From: the human T2T-CHM13v2.0 reference genome, Homo sapiens
Length of the DNA stretch: 64,000 nt
Assembly: GCF_009914755.1 (NCBI RefSeq)
Contig: NC_060938.1
Reading direction: 5' to 3' (one strand)
Made by a program: the position numbers and the translations under genes
Notes under the pieces: model-generated
Seen by the model: the letters and a program-made list of their open reading frames with translations, nothing else
What the model was told of the DNA's origin: nothing
Database searches by the model: none
Shown: positions 1 to 16,490 of the stretch, in pieces
Position numbering within the stretch: the stretch's first letter is position 1
How the letters are laid out: each line of letters begins with the position of its first letter

Positions 1-1
1 T

Positions 2-420
<419 letters not shown>

Positions 421-1215
421 TCAAGGCATATCCTTTTGTGCTTTTCACATTATATGCAAGTGCATATATTACCTATTCAAATAACGTGAAAAGTGAAAGA
501 AAAAAACAAATTTTAAAAGAGCCCCTGCTTGAAACACTCAGTTTGCCAGAATCTGCTTTTCTTTTGCTAAGGTGGTCAAAGTTCTGTAAGGAGGACACAT
601 TTTTCTTTTGCAGATGATTTTGCTAAAAAAAAAAAAAATTCAGAGAAAGCATCTAATGACTTTGAAAGAACACCAGAATAAACATAATGGATTTTACATT
701 CTGATAGTTACACAAACTCCTCACCAGTTTAGAGTTACACCTTCTACCATTAGGAAGTACATAAAGTCAGCCTACATGCAGGAGACAAAGATTTTCATTC
801 TGCCATGAAAGTAAAGAATTTCATTAAATATCTCTGATGATAGCAGCTGCCTGGCTTACTTGGGAGCAGAGGTGAAGGTAAATGTTTCCTTAATTATTTT
901 GTGATGTTTGAATTTTGTGCTAACCACAGAATTACCAGTTTTTATTTATTTTTTTTAATTTGAGCATTTAAGACAGTGTGATTACATGGAACTACAAGGT
1001 GACCATCTCACACTCCTATAATCACTCCCAGCAGCACCTTTGAGTTCAAAGGGCAAAGGTGATAGTATACATCTTCAAATATGTGGGGGCACAGAGTGAC
1101 AGAGGGCACCTGGAAAAGATTAACCAGCTACAATGGGAGCCAGAGGTAACCTAAGGGGCTGGGCCCACTGGTTAACAGAAAGGTCAACAGAAGCAGAGTC
1201 CAGGGAGCAACATCA

Positions 1216-1633
<418 letters not shown>

Positions 1634-1975
1634 TCAGAGCTCAGGGTTTCATGTTGATTTTAATGTCCTGTTTTGTGTGTGTTCTAGTTAAAAAGACAAT
1701 GAGAATTCATTGTTGGCTTGTCTATACTTCAAGTGCACGTGATACTTTTTATTCATAATTATTTTTTAAATATATTAAATTTATATGGAAATTCTGTTAG
1801 AGTCAAGTGCTGACTCCACCAACCCCTTCATTAAGAGGTGATTCTGACAACTGTTAAGCAAGAGAAGGTCAGCTAAGATTTGGATAAGACTTCAAATACT
1901 CCTTGATCACATGCAAATCAACTTTCAGAAATGAGACTTCAGGCAAGAAATTTTGCTCTGAGATTAGTTGTCTTG

Positions 1976-2280
1976 GGCCGGGCACAGTGGCTCAGCACTT
2001 TGAGCTGAGTGTAGTCTTAGCACTTTGGGAGGCCAAGGCGGGTGGATCACTTGAGGTCAGGAGTTCGAGACCAGCCTGACCAACAGGGTGAAACCCTGTC
2101 TCTACTAAAAATACAAAAATTAGCTGGGCGTGGTGGAGGGCATCTTTAATCCACTACTCGGGAGGCTGAGGCAGGAGAATTGCTTGAACCAGGAGGTGAA
2201 GGTTGCAGTGAGCCAAGATCATGCCACCGTACTCCAGCCTGGGCGACAGAGCGAGACTCTGTCTCCAAAAAAAAAAAAAG
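1976..2280 (+). mobile_element. AluS
   Basis: TSD AGATTAGTTGTCT. Small rearrangement near the 5' end. Confidence 0.93.
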
Positions 2281-5220
2281 AGAGAGCAAAAGAAAGATTA
2301 GTTGTCTCTAATTGGTTAAAGGTACTTGAAAGTTCAAAGGTACAAACTGAAACAGTCAGGTTGCTTCCTCTCTCTGGTTAGACTTGTTCAATCTGCAAAT
2401 GGAAATTCCTTTAAAATTTCCCAAATTGAGAGGAGCGGAAGCCACTGTGTGGGCCCACAAGAGACTGTCATCTGTCCAGATACAGACGTCAAAGGCCGTT
2501 CTTCCCAAGCAATCAGGAACGCAGTTGAGGCTGGCAGCAGTGAAGCCAAAGAGAGACAGAGACCAAAACCCACCTCCAGCCAAAACTGGTTGAGCAGCTG
2601 CTAGGAGACCAATGACCAGATGACCAATACGGACCAATAATTCTGAGGTCCCTGATAGAACCAGAATGGTTTTAAGCTGATTTTTATTTACTAGCTTTTT
2701 TTTTTAATTCGGTTTATCCCCCTTGGTTTTAGAAGTAAAATGTCCTTGCAAAGAGAAAAGTTTCCATAAAGAATTTTGTCAGTCTAGATAGAATGACTGT
2801 AAAAATTATCACTACACATATAATGGGAAACTCCACAAAAAAACAAATTAGAAAAAAAGAAATCTCATTTATTTGTTCAGTACATTTTTGAATGTGAAAG
2901 GATCCAGGAAAAGGAGGAAGAATAAAAAATGCATTCTAAAATCAGGGAAAATCAATAGCCTGAGAGGAAGTTGTACATACACACACCCAGGCATTTCATC
3001 ACAGGACTCCCTCCACACAACCTTCCCAATGCTCACCGGCAGCCAAACCACATTTCTCTGGGCAGCACAGTCAGTTCCAGATTGAAAGGATTTCTCAAAA
3101 GGTCAGAGTTGTGGACATATTGCTCAAAACAAACAGGAGAATGTAGAAATAAGAGGAAAAGTGGATAGGTGCATTAGGGCTGTGTAATGCAGGTGCCAGG
3201 AGTTATCCTACCAGGACCCACAAGCAAGTCATAGCTGCACTGCTAGGGAGGGAATAAAGGGAGCTGCTTAAATGCAAGACGCAGTGTGTCTTCCTTCACC
3301 ACCCTTTGTCGGACAGAGCCTGATATTCATACTCAGGATGTCATGAAAATGTAATTGATGAGGTCGAGGAGCCGGGGGGAAGAAACCCAAGTACTCCTAC
3401 TGTCCAACCCAATGGAATTCCCCATGGGTAGGCCCTCAAAGTGATGCCAATTACTGTGAGATTCATTGTTTTCACTTCTGTAATAACCTTTCCACCTTAA
3501 CCAAAATCTTGGCAGCCAAGGAATCCACCAAGCTGAAGCCAAAGGCAGCATGTTTTAAAATGGAAGCCTTGCCCAAAAAGGACACACTCAGAAAAAAGCA
3601 ATGAATTCTATTCTGTACCTGGGGAATGGCTCTAAGTTACAAAGCCAAGGAGAGCTATGTTCCAGTTAAAAGCCAGACAGAACCAGACCAAGCTAGGCTG
3701 CCCAGGAGTAGGGGTTTAGGGACGTGGAGAAGTGTTGTGGCAAAGAACCCTTCTTTTCCCTGTTTAGCTGGAGTTTGACCTCATTTGGACAGCCACAGAC
3801 ATTCCAGCAACCAGACAGTTCCTGGAATAAACACGGGGCTTCTCCAAAACAAGTGACCAGATAAATTTTAAGGAAAACAGAGGAGGGAGTGGAAAGAGAA
3901 CATATAAGATTCTTAAGAGACTTAAATCAACCTGTTGCAATGTGTGGATCTCGTTTGTACCTTGATTCAAATAAACTACTAAAAACTACACAACAGTAGG
4001 GGAAAATCTAGATATTTGAATTGACACTAATTTTTAGTGTGATAATGGATGTATTTGATCATATATTTCTTTACCTGATTCCACTTTATTTAGATAATCT
4101 GAAATATTTATGGATGAAATAATGCCTGGGATTTGCTTTGCAATAATCTGGTCAGATGGGTATAGAGGAAAACAAGATGGCGCCATTGAGTTGAGACTTC
4201 TTGAAGCTGGGTGATTAGTACACAGGGGTTCATGTGCTCATCTCTCTACTGATGTGCATGTTTCATTTTCTGTAACAAAAATTAAAAGAAGGCAAGGGCC
4301 TCTGGGAGGGTGAGGAGTCAGGTACTCACACTTCCCCTTGATCTCTTGAGACTTCTTCTTCTCTCCATCAGCAGGAGGACCCATGCCTGTGATGATGAAT
4401 CCAGGTGCTCTGTTTTGACAGAAAGGCTTCTTGAAAACCTTTCATGTCTGCAACTGCTCTTCCACTAAGTGAAAAGGAACTTGGCCAATCAATCTTCGGT
4501 GACAAAACTCAGAAGCAGCAACTCGGGCTTAGCTGAGCAGCTCATCGTTTTATTGACACCTATGAGTGGTGGTTCTAGGAATGTTTTATGCCAGTAAGCA
4601 TTCCTACTTTGATAAGATTTGCTACCCAACGGTCCACAGGGTCCCACAAGGAGCAGCAGGCCCCAGTACTTGGACATGCTGGCCACCAGTGAGGGCAGGG
4701 GCGGCCTCTGCCTGTGGGCAGCACGGAATGGGGAGGAGACCATTAGCAAGAGGGAAAGGAGGTTGTTGGGCATGGGACAGAAGAGCAGCACAAAACCCCT
4801 TGCACTAACTGGAAGTTTTGCCCTGGGCAGGCTCTTCCTAGAAGAGGGAAGGAAACCCTTTTCCACTCCCTGCCCCAGCCTACTCTTCCTTCCCCAACAG
4901 CTCCCACGTAGGAAACAGTGCCAGTTCCCAGGGGGCTGAAGTTACCTACTAAGCATTAAGACAACAGGGACATGAGGGCCACTCAGATTCCTGACTCTTA
5001 TCCCAGACCTCCTCCTCCCATTACCTCAAGACAGTGAGGACGGTAAGACTCCAACCAAATACCAAGGAGAAACTGTCAGAACCTGGGGTTACTTCGTACT
5101 ATAATGGAGATTAGTATTCAAATAGCTTTGATGGCTGGGAGAAGCCCTTATGATGTCTTTGCTGAAACAGAATACAGCCAAAATAATCAAGTTATTTAAA
5201 TATTTATAGTGGTGGTTGAA

Positions 5221-5262
5221 AAAGAAACAACTTTCACAAGAACAAAGTTACAATAGTTTAAT
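5221..5262 (-). terminator. Distal poly(A) signal ATTAAA (5262-5257) with downstream GU-rich element
   Basis: ATTAAA is followed ~25 nt later by GTTGTTTCTTT on the minus strand. Confidence 0.75.
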
Positions 5263-6265
5263 AATTTAAATAGGACCAACTTCAGGAACATACATACTCA
5301 TACATAAAATTAAACAATTTAATTTTGAACAGTGTATTGAAATACATCAAATTCTTAAAAATCCCCCAAATGGACTCAAGATCATGGATATGAAAAGGTA
5401 ATTTTGAAGTACTAAAGACTAGAGTAAAACAGACAAAGTCATTACTTTGCATTTACTAATAAGACAACAGCCTGTGGATACATTAGACCTTTATAAGAAC
5501 ACTTCTAGGAAATGTTAGAACAACGAGTCATTAAAAAGGAATATAAATGAGTTCATAAAGATAAATGTATAGCTGACAATTTCTTTGGTCCTCGAAGTCA
5601 CACTTGTTTTTACTTTAAAATGCCAAACATGAGTTGAGTGCTCAGAATTCTACCTATAAATGTCTAAATATTAAGCAGGCTAATGTTTATACTGGGCTAG
5701 ATTTAAAAAGGTACTCAAGCCAACCATCACTGTACTTAAACTCCAGAAAGAAAAAGCTAGGAAACAGAAGTAGAGAGGAATGGAAAAAAACAAAAAAACC
5801 CAATACCTCTGCCATCTTGCCCCATCATAACCCAAATAGCATCAAAGTGGCAGAGATGGGACTAAAGTTAAAGCAAGCATCAAAGTTATTACTTTTAGGG
5901 TAATGGGATGAATTTGAAGAGCACTATGTCAACCAAATACTAAACTTCATGGAATAACTGTGTTTGTGTTTCTGTGGAGGAGTTGCGGTTTTGTTTGTTT
6001 TAATTTGGCCCACGCTGCCCCAATGGAGGAAATTTTAAGATAATCATTAATAAGGCAACAGCTTCCAGGATTAAAATACCTATACCATCTATACGGAGTT
6101 ACAATGAGGACAAGACCCACATAGACCACAAAGGAAACCGGGACCAGAAGCTTCCAGTGCATTTTCACAGATCGTTGGTACGATACGCTTTGGTTAAAAC
6201 GTTGGACACAGCTCATAATGTCTTCCACCGTCAGTTCATTCTGTGCTCGTTCAGGTGCGTGGAAG

Positions 6266-6281
6266 CTATGGTTCTGCAGAC
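6266..6281 (-). CDS. GCH1: Alternative terminal coding segment (T)SAEP* (213-aa type II isoform)
   Basis: Acceptor CATTTTCAG|G, then TCT GCA GAA CCA TAG in phase with exon 5. Matches the recalled SAEP tail. Confidence 0.85.
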
Positions 6282-7020
6282 CTGAAAATGATGGGCACTC
6301 TCAAATGTTTCTGGAAATACTTAGAAAAATATCTTATAAGATTAAAAAAAAGAAGAAGAAGAAACATTTTGAGGCATCTACATGGATCACACAAAGGAAA
6401 CTCAATAAACCTATAAAGTTAAAACTGAGCTGACTAGTTATTTGCAGTGTGAGTACTAAGTCTCATAAAATAATGGCTTTTTTAAAAAGGCAAAAGTATC
6501 TACACTCTAAATGATATTCTTATCAAGGCACAGAGAGTTAAATGTCTAAATCCCTGTATGTTGACACGAGAATACACTCGTAAACAACACCAGGAACTAA
6601 TTCCCTATTCTTGAATTTAAAAACAATAGAAGGTAGAAATGTGCCTTTTTAACTCACAGTAAAATCAAAAACATAGACATTCCACCACCTTCCCTTGGTG
6701 ACTAACATTACGACTGCTAAAAATATATTTTTAAATGTCACTGGTGGTTTAATAAACATGACCAAAGTGAAGTCTGTTGAACTTGAATTCACAGAGCAAT
6801 ACCGCACTAAATATTTTAGCACTTTCGGCACTACACCACTTTTATTGGAGGAAGAAAAAAAACAGTATACTGGGCACAGTTCCCTCTCATTCCCAATGCT
6901 CCTATGCTTATGAGGCAAATTACTGTACTATTTGAAAAAAATACACTAATTCTTCTCCCTTCCCAGGCCCCTCTGGTTATCTGGCAGTGGTTTTGTGCAC
7001 GTACTTACACTATTAGCAGT

Positions 7021-7096
7021 TCACTTTAATATTGCCACAAAAAGGTGGCAAGAAGAAAGTAGAGGGCTCAACCCTTTATTATATTTATTTGACTTC
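7021..7096 (-). CDS. GCH1: Alternative terminal coding segment (T)KSNKYNKGLSPLLSSCHLFVAILK* (233-aa isoform)
   Basis: Acceptor ATTTCTAG|G at 7098-7097 is in phase with exon 5. A GTAAGT donor follows at 7008-7003. Matches a recalled GCH1 isoform tail. Confidence 0.8.
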
Positions 7097-7243
7097 CTAG
7101 AAATAATTTTAAATATAATTAGTGACAAGGAATAAAGTTCACATCTGTAACAATTGAAAATGGAATGTACAAACAAGACCGGACAGACAGACAATGCTAC
7201 TGGCAGTACGATCGGCAACCAACGCACACACACTGAATGAAGC

Positions 7244-7370
7244 TCAGCTCCTAATGAGAGTCAGGAACTCTTCCCGAGTCTTTGGATCCTCCCGGAACAC
7301 ACCCAACATTGTGCTGGTCACAGTTTTGCTGTTCATTTTCTGTACACCTCGCATTACCATACACATGTGT
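7244..7370 (-). CDS. GCH1: GCH1 exon 6 coding part (127 bp), (T)[41 protein letters not shown]
   Basis: Acceptor TTTGTAG|[10 protein letters not shown] motif (Zn ligand C212), TGA at 7246-7244. Confidence 0.98.
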
Positions 7371-8073
7371 CTACAAAATAAGGCAACACAGGTTGTTTAA
7401 AGGAGTAGACAGCTGCTGGTTTGGTTTTTAAAAGCAGGCCTAAAGATTAAATCTCAGCTCACAGTTACCAAGTATATCGAAATATCCCTTCTTACACAAA
7501 TGTTATCTATTAGGTTCATGCAAAAGTAACTGCGGTTCTTGCTATTGAACATAATGGCAAAAACTGCAATTATCTTTGCAGCAACCTAAACTTTTTGTTC
7601 TTGAAGTTGTCTTGCAACTTTTATTTTTATCAGTAGTTGATCCTTAAAGCATCCAAAAAGGGGAAAAATGGAATTTTCTTCTGGGGTGAAAGTAATATAA
7701 AAGGTCTACAGAGTTACTTAACTTCTAGATCAAAAGAAAGTCAGAATTCTCACTTGCTCTGCCTTCAGGACCAAGACAGCACTATGCTAGCCTAGGTGTT
7801 CAGATAAATGCTCAAGTATACTGATGTCACCAGGCAGAATTCAGATAATGGTGACCAGAGATCCTGTCTGAGCAACCTGGTGACATTAGATACCAGACAT
7901 AGAACAGAGTTCACACCACGTCACAGAACACATATGAACTTTGTCCACACAACAGCTGCAATTCTCTTAACTCATCCTAACTTAAAGAAATGTACCAATT
8001 CTTGGCTTTATTTTTTAAATGTGTGACAAAATATTAGAAAAACTCGGCTTGGAGCAACAGAGAGCTAAAGAAG

Positions 8074-8113
8074 AAATCAAGAGAAGACATAAAATCAAGA
8101 GAAGACATAAAAA
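8074..8113. repeat. 18-bp tandem duplication AAATCAAGAGAAGACATA
   Basis: Read directly. Confidence 0.9.
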
Positions 8114-8121
8114 TGGCTATT

Positions 8122-8725
<604 letters not shown>

Positions 8726-8993
8726 TTATGCAAATCTCTACACCTGTGCTTTTAACTCCCTATGCCTCCACAAGCCCCATCCTACCCTCAAAAAATACTT
8801 CTCCCATATTCTGTTCCTATATCAGTAACAGTAAATGAAAGTGGTAAAAGAGCTTTAGGCTCAGGGATGGAAATCTACAGTTATCATATCAGTTGTGTGG
8901 CATCACCTGGTGCTACAAAATATGAGAAGCACTAAATAGCAAGATCACTTCTAGTGCACCATTATGACGTTACTAAAGGCAGATGCAGACTTA

Positions 8994-9161
<168 letters not shown>

Positions 9162-9959
9162 TTAAAAATCAGACTTCTGTGAGATTTAAGAGCCAAGACA
9201 CACCAGCTTTTACCAGACTGCTTTGTCTGCTGACTGGGCCACAGAGAGGCCCGGATTCAACTCCCTCACCTGAAGTACAGGGCTAAAGAGATCTCAGAAC
9301 ACCCTGAAGCCCTCCAGCATCACTGCGGGAAGGAATTAGAATAGCAATTATCTCATACCTGTGCAGTTAGAACAACACAGTACTGGTTACCAAGCACCTC
9401 CATGGAGGTAAAGTAGTGCAGCAAATAAATAGCCTGCAACAGGGTTAACAAAGGGGCTGCAGTCCAATTATTGAATTGTGCTTAGAGCAATGTTGAAAAC
9501 CAACAATTTAACCTAAATAATATAGTTCCTGTCCTGAATAAAATGACTTGTCTTTTAATTCATACAGGAATATTCATTGCAGCACTGCATCTATTTGAAA
9601 ACTGATGAAACCCCCCAGTATCTATCAGAGCTGGTATAGGTTACGCCAAGCCATGGCATATACGGTAGGATTCTAGACAGCCACCAGAATGAATGAGATA
9701 GTTACATGGATGTGGCAAAAATGTTTAAGATTTGTTAAATGAAAAAAAGCAGGGAAAAAAGCAAGGCTGATTATGTATAAAATGAGCCCATTTTTGTTTA
9801 AACATAATCCAAATAAATTGATTTGAAAATGCAGGTATATGCATGAAAATGTGAAGGAATGTGCAAATACAACAGTGATTTCTTCTGGAAGCTTGAAACA
9901 GTAGACTTTTTATAGTCCTAAGAGGTTTTACATTTTTATAAGTCATACTTATCGCACTA

Positions 9960-10290
<331 letters not shown>

Positions 10291-10325
10291 AATGTTTTCT
10301 GTTAATACAGATTTTTAAAGCTTAC

Positions 10326-10357
10326 CTTGTAGTCTTCTACTATAGATTTCTACAATC
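10326..10357 (-). CDS. GCH1: GCH1 exon 4 (32 bp), (R)IVEIYSRRLQ(V)
   Basis: Acceptor TTTTCTAG|GA and donor AAG|GTAAG. Phase matches exons 3 and 5. Confidence 0.97.
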
Positions 10358-10528
10358 CTAGAAAAGAAAGAATTGTTTTAGTTAATCACAAATCATTTGA
10401 AGTAAAATTGATAAGCCTTCCTCATAAAACAAAAAGGACATTGTTGAAGCAAGTGGGCTGCAAGAGGAAATAAAGCTTATGGCAAGATGACAGAAAGATA
10501 CAAGTACCACAGGGAGATGTAGTCTAAA

Positions 10529-10952
10529 GTCAACTTGATTGGATTGAAGGATGCAAAGTATTGTTCCTGGGTATGCCTGTGAGGGTGTTGCCAAAGGAGA
10601 TTAACATTTGAGTCAGTGGGCTGGGAAAGGCAGACCCACACTTAATCTGGGTGGGCACAATCTCATCAGCTGCCAGCGAATACAAAGCAGGCAGAAATAT
10701 ATGAAAAGGCAAGAGTGGCCTTGACTCCCAGCCTACATCTTTCTCCAATGCTGGCTGCTTCCTGCCCTCAAACATCGAACTCCAAGTTCTTCAGTTTTGA
10801 GACTCAGACTGGCTCTCCTTGCTCCTCAAGCTTGCAGACAGCCTATTGTGGGACCCTGCGATCATGTAAGTCAATACTTAATAAACTCCCCTTTATATAT
10901 ATATATATATCTCCTATTAGTTCTGTCCCTCTAGGGAACCCTTACTAATACA
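10529..10952 (+). mobile_element. MLT2A (HERV-L) solo LTR
   Basis: GTCAACTTGATTGGATTGAAGGATGCAAAGTATTG ... AATAAACTCCC(TA)n ... CTAATACA. The first ~20 nt of the consensus are missing. Confidence 0.88.
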
Positions 10953-11354
10953 GAAGACCACCAACCACTGCAGAGTGGTGCTTCCTGATGTCCCCAGAAA
11001 GAGAATTAATGAGTCTCCAACTGTGACGTTCACTTAGGAAAAACAGAGATGAGTAACAAAATTTTAAAGTTCCAAATCATCAATTTTAGATCATGTCTCA
11101 AGTGCTCTGATTAATCATATTGTTTTATCAGAGCTTAAAATTCAAGTTAAAAATAAAAAGACTTTGTTAATTAATAGCACACCACGGTCAACTACTATAC
11201 CAACTAAACCTATTAGGAGAATCAGATTGGAACTGATTAGACTTCTTCAGACACCTCTTCATAAGATAGGTTTATGTAAGCACTTAGTAAGATTAACCCC
11301 CAAGAAATAAAAGCCTCCTGATCTTAACTTATAGCACAATCTGTCAAGTGATAA

Positions 11355-11661
<307 letters not shown>

Positions 11662-13199
11662 AGAATTTTCCCCTTTCAACATCTTTCATTCTATTTATGA
11701 AATATAAAGATGACCACGTGACTTATCCATTTGAAGATGACTATTCACACTGAGGACCTTTTCTTTAAATTCATGGCCTTTTGATCATGAATTCAGATTC
11801 AATTTATGGTTCACCTCCCTATGAGGCATTTCCTGGCTCTTCCCCCAACTACACGTCTCAGAACCAACAACTTGCTCCTTTATACCCATTACAGCCAACA
11901 AAGTCAGTAACAGGTCCGCCACCCCGTTTACCACTCAGCCCAGAGCTCCCTGAGGGCAGAAGCCATCCTAGCTCTCCTTTATCCCAGCAGTAGTTACTAG
12001 GATATTGAAGAAATATATTAATAGCTATATTCTATTGGTATTTTGAACAAAACCTTAGAAAGGAATGGTTTTTAAGCTCCTAGATAGGAGGTATGTCATA
12101 TTTCTTACTAGGTCAAATTTCTGTATATATTACTTCTGATAGTTTTTCAGGTGATTAGTTTGTTATATATGTAGGAGATGCCATTGATTTTAAAGTTAGT
12201 AATGTTTTCCTTCTCGTATTCACCATTCTTTTTCTGGAGTAGAACTTCAGGTGCCACATTGGACAATAGTGGTAACACTGGGCAACCATGTTTTGCTCCA
12301 CACTTCAATAGGAATGCCTCTAGGATTTCACTACCACCCACAGTGCCTGCCTGCTTCTGGCAGACAGCTGCTCTCATGGCAGGAGGAACATTCCCATAGA
12401 TTTTTACTGAGTGCCTGCTATGTATGTGATTATATGGTGAACATGCTCTCTGTGCTCTGAGAGCTTATTATTTCTAAACCCTAGTTTATTAGTTTTCTTT
12501 TACAAGTGAGGAGTAAATATGAAACCTAACACATCTTTTCAGCATGTCATGTAGCTTCCCTAGATTAAAAAAAAAAATCTTTATTTTGCTGTCATTCTGG
12601 AAAGATAATTTGTTGAGAGGTATTTGCTGGGAACCGAATTCTAGTTTGACACTGATATCTATCTTGCCCTTCAGTATTGCTGTTGGCAAACCAATTCAGT
12701 GTAACTGCTGTTGCCTTTTAGATAATCGATATTTCTTTCTTTGGCTGCTTTTATATTAACTATATTTTATAAGTATATACTGCAATTTACTATGTTTTAA
12801 TCCAAGTAGGGATTTAATTTGACTTATTTGGAATTTATTAGGCTTTCTGAAGACCGATATTTTGCATGTGTTCTAGAAACTTTTTTAGCCATTATCTTCT
12901 CTAACGTTGCATCTAGCACATTGCCTCTGTTATCTCCAGGAATTTCAATTAAGGGCATATTATACCCTCCCAGTCTTCCATGTTTCTTAAATTCTCATTC
13001 ATATTTTCTACCTGTCTTTGCGCTGCATTCAGCACAATTTCTTTAGACCTTTCTTCCCAATCACCGTATTTAATCTATGTCTAATCTATTTAATGAGTAT
13101 ACTGGACTTCAGTTTCATTTTTTTAATTTCTAAAAGTTATATTTCCTCCTCTTCCCAATCTGCCTGGCTAATTCTGCAAGTTTCTTATCCCTTTGTCAA

Positions 13200-13497
13200 T
13201 TTTTTTTTGTTTGTTTTTTGGCACGGAGTCTTGCTCTGTTGCCCAGGCTGGAGTGCAGCAGCACAATCTTAGCTCATTGGAACCTCCACCTCCCGCATTC
13301 AAGCAATTCTCTACCTCAGGTTCCCAAGTAGCTGCGATTACAGGTGCCTGCCACCACACCCAGCTAATTTTTGTATTTTTAGTAGAGACAGGGTTTCACC
13401 ATGTTGGCCAGGCCGGTCTTGAACTCCTGACCTCATGATCCGCCTGCCTTGGCCTCCCAAAGTGCTGGGATTAAAGGTGTGAGCCACCACGCCCGAT
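13200..13497 (-). mobile_element. AluS
   Basis: TSD CCTTTGTCAATTTTTTT. Confidence 0.93.
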
Positions 13498-13524
13498 CTC
13501 CTTTGTCAATTTTTTTATATATAA

Positions 13525-15316
<1,792 letters not shown>

Positions 15317-15330
15317 TATTTTTTAATATA

Positions 15331-15995
15331 TAGTAAGTCCTTGCTCAAGGTCGACAGGTTCTCGGAATCTATGACTTTACTAAAACACTGAGAACAAAAC
15401 AAATTTTACCCTAGGCTAATTGATATAATAAGAATTAAGCTCCCATAGCATATTTCTGGTCACAAAAACGTCAACAAACTTCCAAATAAACACAAAAACA
15501 CTTCTAATATTAAACACTAAAATAAATGTGAGTGATACATACATTTAAGAAAGATTAATGGAAAGATATTGATTTCCCCAATTATTCCAGTTCAAGGTCT
15601 CAAGTGGCTGGAGCTTTTCCCAGCAGTTCAGGGTACAAGGCAGGAACTGACCCTGGACAGGACACTATCCCATCACAGGGCACACACATCCACCTACTCT
15701 CACTCAGACTGGGACCACTCAGATCAGATACGCCAAATCACCTAACGTGTGCATCTTTGGGATGTGGGAGGAAACAGAAGCACCTGGAGGAAACTCACAG
15801 ATGTGGGAGAAAACATGCAAACTCCACACAGACAGTGGGTCCCAGCAAGGAATTTTTTTTTCTCAATCATACTGAAATGACATTGAATGAAACAACATTA
15901 TTCCAGGACTGTTATATGCCACTTTGCCTGAAGTCATTTCGCTTCAAGTTGCAGTCTCCAAGAACCCATCGACAACGTAAAGTGAGGACTTACTG
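15331..15995 (+). mobile_element. MER82-like TcMar-Tigger non-autonomous DNA transposon
   Basis: TIRs (T)AGTAAGTCCT / AGGACTTACTG flanked by TA. Confidence 0.8.
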
Positions 15996-16117
15996 TACTT
16001 GTTTTATATCCTATCTCTGATAGTTCTACTATCTGCCCTCTTCCATCGTGTTTGTCTGACTCGACTCATGGTACTCCTTGGAACTTCATCTTTGGGTATC
16101 CTTCCAAGCCTGGATAA

Positions 16118-16490
<373 letters not shown>

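Larger units (their letters stand above)
5235..7243 (-). other. GCH1: GCH1 3'UTR (~2 kb, AU-rich, free of recognisable repeats)
   Basis: Lies between the stop codon and the distal poly(A) signal, with about 10 AUUUA pentamers. The 3' end is approximate. Confidence 0.85.

Noticed and set aside
2300-5200. A gene or enhancer in the largely unique sequence downstream of GCH1
   Set aside because: Only short ORFs without homology, and no splice chain or motif cluster I can support from sequence alone.
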